From positions 1 through 64,000 of IMG/VR virus record IMGVR_UViG_2795386110_000001: 64,000 nucleotides of DNA; one strand, written 5' to 3'. This stretch comes from a virus (taxonomy: Duplodnaviria > Caudoviricetes). Shown here piece after piece: positions 35,244 to 42,980 of the stretch. Under the pieces are notes generated by a model that did not search any database, was not told the origin of the DNA, and was given only the letters and a program-made list of their open reading frames with translations. Each line of letters opens with the position of its first letter. The stretch's first letter is position 1. The position numbers and the translations under genes were made by a program.

Positions 35244-36032
35244 ATGGCCCGCATCACTCGCCCCGCCCGCATCGGCGTCATCAGCGACGGCGTCCTCACC
35301 CAGGACGGCAACCCGTTCAACCTGAAGTACCTGGTCATGGACGCGCAGCCGGACGGCGTCCTCGAGGACGTTGTCACGCCGGACTACGTGACCGGTGAAG
35401 CCCTGTACCGGACCGGCTTGGTCGTCGGCCACGACGGCAAGGGCCTGGGAGTCGCCTGGCCGGCGAACCCGCTGCCGACACCGCGTGTCCCGATCGCCGC
35501 CGACCACTCGGCGCTGGCCGCACGCCAGTCGGCGGGCACGTACTTCCCCACCCCCGAGGGCTCGGCGCTGATCTCCGCAGACTTCGTGCCCGGAGAGCAC
35601 TCGCTTTCGATTACCGGCCCGAACGCGACGTACGCCCGCGAGACCCGCGACCGCATCCGCGCGGCCATCGCGAACAGCGGCATCCAGTGGCCGCTCGGCG
35701 CCATGGGCGTCGTCGCTCACTGGACCGTCGCTCGCGGAGGCGCGGCCGCCGACCTCGCCCTCGCCTGCACCGCCCTCGCCGCCTCCGGCAACATCCCCGC
35801 CAACGCCGTGGACGGCGTGACCATGATCGGCCAACTCGGCCTGGATGGCCGGGTCCACGCGGTCCGCGACTTCCACGAGCTGATGCAGCTCGCCATCGAC
35901 GCCGGCGACCCGAAGTTCGTGGTCCCCGAGGAGCAAGTCGCCGAGGCCGTCGCCTCGTTCCCCGACGTGGCTGTGCAGGGCGTGCGAACCCTGAACGACG
36001 CCCTGACCTTCCTCACCGAGATGGCCGACTGA
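35244..36032 (+). CDS. Protein with a ComM/YifB (Mg-chelatase-like) N-terminal domain and no AAA+ domain (unit 9)
   Basis: ARETRDRIRAAIANSG, DLALAC and IGQLGLDGRV motifs. Confidence 0.8.
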   Translation: MARITRPARIGVISDGVLTQDGNPFNLKYLVMDAQPDGVLEDVVTPDYVTGEALYRTGLVVGHDGKGLGVAWPANPLPTPRVPIAADHSALAARQSAGTYFPTPEGSALISADFVPGEHSLSITGPNATYARETRDRIRAAIANSGIQWPLGAMGVVAHWTVARGGAAADLALACTALAASGNIPANAVDGVTMIGQLGLDGRVHAVRDFHELMQLAIDAGDPKFVVPEEQVAEAVASFPDVAVQGVRTLNDALTFLTEMAD

Positions 36033-36109
36033 CCTCACCCCGAACGGGCCGGGGCAGGCAGCGCCCCGGCCCCACCACCCGCCCCCACCAGCGAAAGGAA
36101 CCGACCCAC

Positions 36110-36706
36110 ATGACCAGCAAAGCCTTCTGGACCGAGTACTTCGAGGACGCCTACCGCGACGCCGTCAAGAAACGGGGCGAGGTCCTCGACCATGGCCTGC
36201 TCCTCATCGCCCACGTGATCCGCGAGGAACTCCCCACGGCCACGGCCGTCAGCGTCACCAGCGGCATCGTGGCAGCCGTACACGACTCCGAAGGCACGAT
36301 CTGGCGGTTCAACGACGAGACCAGCAACCTGAGCCGCCGAGCCCTCAGGGAGATCCGGGACACGCTCCTCGACATGTTCACCTTCACCCGCACCACGTAC
36401 CCGCTCCTCGCGGCCAACTGGAAGCCGGTCCCGGACCAGCCCGACACCCTCCGCGTCGAACTGCCCAAGGACCCCGACAAGAAGGACCAGGAGCAGAACA
36501 CGGCCCCGGCCGGCAACGACCGGCCGCACGGGACGCCGGGGGAGGACGCGGGGAACTGCGCCCAGTGCAGCCGACCGCTGATCTGGGACGGGACAGGCAA
36601 GCGCGTGAACGACGAGTGGGGCGAGCACCTCTGCTACGGCCCCCGCTCGGCCGACGCACGGTCCAGGGTCCACGTCCTGGCCGCGCCGCAGACGGCCACC
36701 GCATAG
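36110..36706 (+). CDS. Hypothetical protein with C-terminal Zn finger (unit 9)
   Basis: GAAAGGA RBS; CAQCSRPLIW...HLC. Confidence 0.7.
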   Translation: MTSKAFWTEYFEDAYRDAVKKRGEVLDHGLLLIAHVIREELPTATAVSVTSGIVAAVHDSEGTIWRFNDETSNLSRRALREIRDTLLDMFTFTRTTYPLLAANWKPVPDQPDTLRVELPKDPDKKDQEQNTAPAGNDRPHGTPGEDAGNCAQCSRPLIWDGTGKRVNDEWGEHLCYGPRSADARSRVHVLAAPQTATA

Positions 36707-36942
36707 CTAAGCAGCAGACGGGCCGGGGAGCAGGCAGCGCTCCCCGGCCCTCACTGCGGATCTAAGCACCTCAACCCCCCGAGCACTCCGCCACCCCAAG
36801 CGGCAGCCCCCAGGCCCTCTACGAGATCCACACGGCCCCCATGGGCCACGCTTCCGCCCCTCCCCACCACCCAGGAGCGCCCCCCGATGGCTACGGCACA
36901 GCTGGCGTTCGACCTGCCCGGCTTCGGGTCGGACGTCCCCAG

Positions 36943-37797
36943 CTAGGGGTTTTCGAAGACTCCCTGGTGGAGGTACCAGTGGCTGTCGGCCAGTCCGTAG
37001 CGCAGGGCGGTGTCCCACGCATTGAGTCCGTGAGTGTTGGCGTGTTGCTCGGCGTCCTCTTGCAGGTGAGCTGTCAAGGCTGGCACACCGCTCTCGCGGC
37101 GTATCTTCTGGTGCAGCCACTGGTTGGCGGTCACCACGGATATGCAGAACTCGGCATAGCGCTGTGCCAGCTTGAACGTGTGGAAGTGGTACTCGACGCG
37201 GGCATGCAGTTCGGCGTCCCATTCCGGCAGGGCCTGGATGCGGAACTGCACGGGCCAGCTTGTGATGTCCGCGAAAAGATAGCGTCCGGTCTGGCCAGGG
37301 CGGTCGTAGTAGGGGTGGAGGGTGCGCTGACCGGCGGTGGCCCCGATCCGGTCGCCTTTCATCTGGTTGCACTTGCCGCATGCCGGCACCAGATTCACAG
37401 GACAGATTGTGTAGAGCGGGAGTGTGTCCTTGGGCAGGTGATGGTCAAGTGAGCCGATCTCACTGTTGCCGCACAGCAAGCAACGCCCGAACGGCGCGCG
37501 GGCCTTGAGTTCGTCGTACTTCAGCCTGCCATCCTTACGCCCGACCAGCCCCGCACTGTAGAGAGTCCTCAGGTGCGCTCCATCGCGGTCGGGCAGCAGC
37601 TCCTCGGCCTTCTGCGCAGCGATGGCGAGCGTGTAGAGGCCGTTGTGCTCGGCAGCGTCGATGTAAATCTGCTCGGCTGTGGACAGGTCCCTTTCGCGGG
37701 CCAGGAGCCGTATCTTCAGGACGGAGTTCCGCAGCCTCCTGCAAGCAGCGGTCAGTGTCTCTCTGACCGTCATCACGGGGGGATCGAGCGGAATCAT
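36943..37797 (-). CDS. HNH endonuclease (PtuB-like)
   Basis: CLLCG...LDHHLPK...NLVPACGKCNQMKG...LHPYYD. Confidence 0.88.
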   Translation of the reverse strand: MIPLDPPVMTVRETLTAACRRLRNSVLKIRLLARERDLSTAEQIYIDAAEHNGLYTLAIAAQKAEELLPDRDGAHLRTLYSAGLVGRKDGRLKYDELKARAPFGRCLLCGNSEIGSLDHHLPKDTLPLYTICPVNLVPACGKCNQMKGDRIGATAGQRTLHPYYDRPGQTGRYLFADITSWPVQFRIQALPEWDAELHARVEYHFHTFKLAQRYAEFCISVVTANQWLHQKIRRESGVPALTAHLQEDAEQHANTHGLNAWDTALRYGLADSHWYLHQGVFENP

Positions 37798-39314
37798 GAC
37801 GTTCTTCCGTCCCGACGGGAGGTGAGGACACGGAGCAGGCCGCGCGCTTCGCTTCCCAGGGACTCGAAGCCTGCCAGGATCTCTTGGTAGCTGCGTCCCC
37901 CGTCGACCTCCTTGGCCAGGGCCGCGTAGAAACCGGTGGCGGTGGACTCCAGGCCGAACGCCTCGTGAGTGAGCGCGCTGACGTTCTCACCGTAGGTTTC
38001 CATCAGCGGCCGCTCGGCTGTCAAAACATTGCCGTAGCGACGTAGCTTGTAGACGCACGATTTCGGAACCTCCTGCAGGACGACCGGTGAGTGCGTTGCC
38101 ACGACCGCCATTCCGTTGACCTCAGATAGAAAGTCGGACAGTGCATGGATGAACGCCGACAACAGAGGCGGCTGAAGGTGTGCCTCGGGTTCATCTATGA
38201 AGACGACCGTGCGTTCGGTCACCTCCTGGACCAGTCGCGTCAGGGCAAGCAAAGCAATCTTGTGGCCAGAACTCAGGGGAGCAAAGAGCCGTACCGCAGC
38301 GGCGTTGAACCGGCGGTCAGAGCCCTCGGACAACAGATCGTCAATATCGCCAGCATAGTCATCCAGGAAACCGGACTCCGGATAACTGAGCGTGGCCAGA
38401 ATCTGCTCCCACCGGCTACGGCGGGCACCGATTCGGGCCGTGGCGAGACTCTTTGCGAATTCCTCGGACAGGTCTTCACTCGTCTTCAGTCGCTGTGGCT
38501 CCTCACTGTCCCGCAGCCCGATGTAGGCGAACCTCGCGGGAGCGTCCGGGTGATGGAGCAGGTCATCGAAGGCGCTGAAGGAGACCAGCACCACGTTCGG
38601 CGTGAGTTGGGCTGTGCGGGCAGTGAACTGAGTAACCTCAATAGTCCCAGTCGCCACGCCATCAGCCATCGCACGCATCATGCTGGTCTTGCCCACTCCA
38701 TTGCGGCCAATCAGGGCATGTACGTTGCTTGGCGGCAGCGAGGCGGGGCTGGCCCGGAAGCTCAGTGTGGGCGGTTCGTACCCTGAACCCTCAGGAATGG
38801 AAGGCGTGTAGTCCCACTGGAAGTCGACGACCCGAGCGCGGCCGCGAGCAATGAGGTGAAGGCGCTCCAGCTCCGGGCCCGGATGACGGACATCGCGCAT
38901 CAGGGAATCTGTGAAGACTCTCATGTGCCATACGCGTTCCACTAAATCCGTGCTGTAGTCGTAAGCCACATCCCGCAACGCTGTCAGAATGCTGATTCTG
39001 TCATTATCGCTCAGTTTGCTCAGCGACTCGTAGTACTTGTCGTCGAGACCCAGGCTGAAGTAGTCTTCACTGAGCCCCTCGAAGCGGCGCGGGAGGCGTT
39101 CATCGGTCCGAAAGAAATCTTCATTTCGGTCTGATCCCATATCGAAATGTCCAATTCGGACACCGCCGATAACCTTCGAGCCTTTCCCGCGGAACTTGAT
39201 GCTCAGCTTGTACAGTGTCACGAAGCCATAGTCATTCCAGTTATCCGGGACTAGGTAGGCTCCGCTGTAGTCCGCAGGCAAATCCCGCGGCCGCTCCACC
39301 ACGACGAACCGCAT
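37794..39314 (-). CDS. ABC/AAA ATPase (PtuA-like), coupled to the HNH gene
   Basis: IGRNGVGKT Walker A, LSSGHK signature, FIDEPEAHL Walker B and ATHSP; lower GC. Confidence 0.9.
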   Translation of the reverse strand: MRFVVVERPRDLPADYSGAYLVPDNWNDYGFVTLYKLSIKFRGKGSKVIGGVRIGHFDMGSDRNEDFFRTDERLPRRFEGLSEDYFSLGLDDKYYESLSKLSDNDRISILTALRDVAYDYSTDLVERVWHMRVFTDSLMRDVRHPGPELERLHLIARGRARVVDFQWDYTPSIPEGSGYEPPTLSFRASPASLPPSNVHALIGRNGVGKTSMMRAMADGVATGTIEVTQFTARTAQLTPNVVLVSFSAFDDLLHHPDAPARFAYIGLRDSEEPQRLKTSEDLSEEFAKSLATARIGARRSRWEQILATLSYPESGFLDDYAGDIDDLLSEGSDRRFNAAAVRLFAPLSSGHKIALLALTRLVQEVTERTVVFIDEPEAHLQPPLLSAFIHALSDFLSEVNGMAVVATHSPVVLQEVPKSCVYKLRRYGNVLTAERPLMETYGENVSALTHEAFGLESTATGFYAALAKEVDGGRSYQEILAGFESLGSEARGLLRVLTSRRDGRTS

Positions 39315-39869
39315 GATTCCCCCCATGCAATGAGCTGAAGCCCTCTCTGGCCACAAGTACCACACTGTAGTCGTCGCCCCGCGCTCGTCTCACGGTTACC
39401 TGTACGTGAGGTCCGGGCCGCAGAGAACCAGGGGGCCGACGGTCAGACGCGTCCACACTGGCCTCCATGGACGAGCTGGCAGCAGAGCAGCCTGCTCCTT
39501 CAGGTCGCCACGACAAGATCAGCACCTACACCGGCAAGCGCTGGCCTGCGCTCCACGAAGTGCCCTCCACCCGGCACAGGGATACCGCTGCGCACTGCTG
39601 CGAACTGCGCACTTGATTGAGCTGAGGTACGATCCGGATCGGCCGGTCGTTTCGAACAGCGGCACGACCGCCACCCGCGCTGGTGCGTGTAAGTAACACG
39701 GCCCGACTTCCAGTCGGGCGTTCCAGGTGCAAGCCCTGGCCAGCGCTCCACACGATGGGCCCTCCCCACAGCCCCCGGGGAGGGCCTTCCGCATTCCACG
39801 CGACCGCCGACAATGGGCCGACAAACGCGCAGGTGCGCAACCTGCGCAGACGGACTTCAGGAGCGGCCC

Positions 39870-41225
39870 ATGTTCCACGGCTCAATACCCGCCCCCCTCC
39901 GCTCGATCATCTACGAGCACGCCGGGACCTGGCCCGGCGAAGACATCTACGTCGGCTGCTCCGGGAACTTCACGATCGAACGCGTACTGCACGCCCGCTT
40001 CGGCGACAGTCGGCGCGTCCACGGCAACGACATCCAGGCCTACAGCTGCGCCCTCGGCTGGTACCTCGCCGGAGACGACCTCAACTACACCCTGCGCGAG
40101 GAGTACGAGGAGTCCCTCGGCTGGCTTAAGCCGTACCTGGAGGACCGTACGGACCTCCTCGCCACCCTTATGCTCGGCACCCGCTTCCTCCAGTACGTCG
40201 GCAAGGAAGGCGTCTACTACCGGCGGATGATGGACGCGACCCGCGACCAGTGGGAGCGGATGCACGACAAGACCGCCACCAAGCTGCGGAACCTCGAAAC
40301 CCGCCTCGGCTCGTTCTTCCCCGGCGACGTCCGCGACTACCTCGACCACGAGGTGCCCACAGACGCCCCCGTGGTGATGTTCCCCCCGTTCTACGCAGCC
40401 GACTATCAGGCCCAGTTCGCGCCGATCGACGCCGCGTTCAACTGGCCCGAGCCGTCCTTCGACGAGCTCACCGAGGACGGCAAGGAACGCATCATCGAAC
40501 AGGTCCAGGACCGGCCGAACTGGGTCCTCGGCCTCCACATCGAGCGCCCCGAGCTGCGAGACAAACTGGCCGGCGTCGTCCAGACAGCGAACCGCGGCCT
40601 GCCCATCTACGTGTACGCGGCGGCCGGCCCGCGCCGCATCGTCCGCCCCCGCCAGCCCGTCGAACCGATCCCCATGCCGAAGATCGGCCGCGACGAGGAA
40701 CTCGGCGACCGCATGACGATGCACATCCTCACCGGCGGACAGTTCGCGGGCATCCGCTCCCAGTTCATGTCGAAGACCATCAAGCCCGGGTCGCCGTTGA
40801 TCGCGTGCGGCGTCGCTATCGACGGGAAGCTGATCGGCGCGTTCGCCTACCTGCCGCCGAAGTTCGACCCGAACACCGCCTACCTGATGTCCGACTTCCC
40901 CGTCTCCTGGACCCGCTACCGGCGCCTCGCGAAGCTCATCGTCATGGCCGCCTCCACGAAAGAGGCCCAGATCCTCATCCAGCGCTCGCTGTCCAAGCGG
41001 ATCGACGGCTGGGCGACGACCGCGTTCACCGACCGGCCGAACTCGGCGAAGTACGGGCGCGGCATCCCCGGCGTGAAGCTCCAGAAGCGCACCGAAGCCA
41101 GCAGCAAAGATCCCGGCGACGGCATCCACCGTTACCAGCTCCAGTACGGCGGCCCTCTCGGCGCCTACGACCTCGACGAAGCGCTCGCCCTGTGGAAGCG
41201 CAAGCACGGCAAGGACATGCGATGA
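39870..41225 (+). CDS. Putative DNA-modification protein: adenine MTase-like N-terminal domain plus GNAT/Mom-like C-terminal domain
   Basis: VGCSGNF, HGNDI, GDV and FPPFY motifs; then GVAIDGKLIGAFAY...SDFPVSWTRYRRLAKLIV. Confidence 0.7.
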   Translation: MFHGSIPAPLRSIIYEHAGTWPGEDIYVGCSGNFTIERVLHARFGDSRRVHGNDIQAYSCALGWYLAGDDLNYTLREEYEESLGWLKPYLEDRTDLLATLMLGTRFLQYVGKEGVYYRRMMDATRDQWERMHDKTATKLRNLETRLGSFFPGDVRDYLDHEVPTDAPVVMFPPFYAADYQAQFAPIDAAFNWPEPSFDELTEDGKERIIEQVQDRPNWVLGLHIERPELRDKLAGVVQTANRGLPIYVYAAAGPRRIVRPRQPVEPIPMPKIGRDEELGDRMTMHILTGGQFAGIRSQFMSKTIKPGSPLIACGVAIDGKLIGAFAYLPPKFDPNTAYLMSDFPVSWTRYRRLAKLIVMAASTKEAQILIQRSLSKRIDGWATTAFTDRPNSAKYGRGIPGVKLQKRTEASSKDPGDGIHRYQLQYGGPLGAYDLDEALALWKRKHGKDMR

Positions 41226-42160
41226 CGATCGACACGACGACCCCGCTCTTCCGCCCCAAGCTCGTCCGCCGTGACCCGCGCACCCTCGCCTCGCTCGAAG
41301 TGAACGCCCGCTTCATGCGCAAGGAGGAGTGGGACCGGCTGGTGGAGAACATCCGCCGCGACGGTTGCCTCACCTCCACCCCGCTCATCTACGCCGGCGG
41401 CGAGTACGCGGAGGGCGAGGAACTCATCCTGTCCGGCAACCACCGCACCAAGGCGTCGGTGGAAGCCGGACTCGACGAGATCGACTGCATGCTCATCGAG
41501 GAGAAGCTGACCCGGCAGCAACTCGTCGCCATCCAGCTCTCGCACAACGCCATCGCGGGCCAGGACGACCCGGCCACCCTTAAGCAGCTCTACGAAGAAC
41601 TCGACGACGTCGACTGGCGGGCCTACTCCGGTCTCGACGACGAACAGCTCAGCCTCCTCGCCGAAGTCAGCCCCGAAGGCCTCTCCGAGGCGAACCTCGA
41701 CTTCGCCACCGTCTCGCTGATCTTCCTGCCCATGGAGCTCGAGGCCGCCTGCGAAGCCTTCGACCAGGCCCGCCTCGGCCAGAACGAGAGCTGGCTCGCC
41801 GCACGCGCCGACTACATCCAGACCCTGGACACGCTCGCCTCCACCCACGCCGCTCACAAAGTCGGCAATGTCGCCACCGCCCTCCACGCCATCCTCGCGA
41901 TCGTTGAACGCCACCTGGACGAGCTCCAAGAGGGCTACACCGGCCCCGACGGCACCCCCCTGCACTCCGGGCACGTCGGCCTCGAAACAGTTCTCGGCGC
42001 CCGCACCCTCCCCGCACCGGCCGCCGTCACCATCAACAAGGCCATCGCAGCCGCAGAAGGACGCGGAGAGATCGAGAAGGGGCAGGGCTGGCGCCTCCTC
42101 GAACGCCTGGCAGGTGAATACCTCTCCGGCAGCAACCACGTCCCCAGCGACCCCGCATGA
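41222..42160 (+). CDS. ParB N-terminal (Srx-like) domain protein
   Basis: NARFM...LVENIRRDG...ILSGNHRTKA...SHNAIAGQDD. Confidence 0.85.
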   Translation: MTIDTTTPLFRPKLVRRDPRTLASLEVNARFMRKEEWDRLVENIRRDGCLTSTPLIYAGGEYAEGEELILSGNHRTKASVEAGLDEIDCMLIEEKLTRQQLVAIQLSHNAIAGQDDPATLKQLYEELDDVDWRAYSGLDDEQLSLLAEVSPEGLSEANLDFATVSLIFLPMELEAACEAFDQARLGQNESWLAARADYIQTLDTLASTHAAHKVGNVATALHAILAIVERHLDELQEGYTGPDGTPLHSGHVGLETVLGARTLPAPAAVTINKAIAAAEGRGEIEKGQGWRLLERLAGEYLSGSNHVPSDPA

Positions 42161-42387
42161 GCAGCGTCGGCATCCAGTTCGTAGGCGGCCCCGCCGACGG
42201 GCAACTCCTCGTCATACCCGCCGACCCCTGGAACCCGCCCCACGTCTACGACCAGATCGCCAACGCCAACGGACGCCTCGTGTACCGGCGCGAGGTGAAC
42301 CCAGGCGACGACGGCCCCCTGTGGCACTACCACTACGACCGGCAGGCGAGCGAGGGCACCGCGGGACCGGAGGAACGGCACACATGA
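42157..42387 (+). CDS. Small hypothetical phage protein
   Basis: FVGGPADG motif; ATGA coupling at both ends. Confidence 0.65.
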   Translation: MSSVGIQFVGGPADGQLLVIPADPWNPPHVYDQIANANGRLVYRREVNPGDDGPLWHYHYDRQASEGTAGPEERHT

Positions 42388-42980
42388 GCACCCGCCCACC
42401 CATCAACCTCGACCTCGACATCGACCCGTGGGAACGTCAGCCCAACGAAACTCCTCACAAATACGGACAGTTCGCCGCGTACCGAGACATCGGCAGGACC
42501 CGCACCCTGACCGAAGCCGCACAGAGGCTGACACTCGCGTACGGGCACGTGAGGAACCTGGCCGCCCAGTACCGGTGGCGTGAGCGCGTCGAGGCGTATG
42601 ACCGGCACCTGGACCGGCAGTACGAGGCGATGTGGCTGGAGGAGCGCAGGAAGGCCGCCGAGACCGACGCGAAGATCCTGGGCGCGGCGATCGGCAAGCT
42701 CGCCCAGCGACTCGGCAGCCTGCGCGCCGACGAGCTGTCGGCCGGCGACTTCATCCGGCTGATGGACGTCGCCATGCGGCACCGACGCGTCCTGTTCGGC
42801 GACCCCACCGAGACGATCGCCGTCACCGGCGAGGGCTCCAACGCGCTGGCCCAGCAGTTCGCCGAGTTCGCGCAGATGTCCCCGGACCTGCGCCGCTCCC
42901 GGCTCGCCGAGCTTGCCGCCTCGGTGAACCAGCGCATCAAGGCCGTGGACGGCAACGACGACGAGGAGGAGACCACGTGA
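42384..42980 (+). CDS. terS: Terminase small subunit
   Basis: PWERQPNET...YRDIGRTRTL...RWRERVEAYD; directly upstream of terL. Confidence 0.75.
   Translation: MSTRPPINLDLDIDPWERQPNETPHKYGQFAAYRDIGRTRTLTEAAQRLTLAYGHVRNLAAQYRWRERVEAYDRHLDRQYEAMWLEERRKAAETDAKILGAAIGKLAQRLGSLRADELSAGDFIRLMDVAMRHRRVLFGDPTETIAVTGEGSNALAQQFAEFAQMSPDLRRSRLAELAASVNQRIKAVDGNDDEEETT

Noticed and set aside
20601-35377. ORF-track peptides such as MLKLARVS.../...LASFNKLIQ that recur at several places
   Set aside because: They are translations of the non-coding repeat; the true starts lie downstream behind clear RBSs.
36943-39700. Retron (ATPase+HNH effector type)
   Set aside because: No reverse transcriptase gene or msr/msd-like inverted repeats were found next to the pair.
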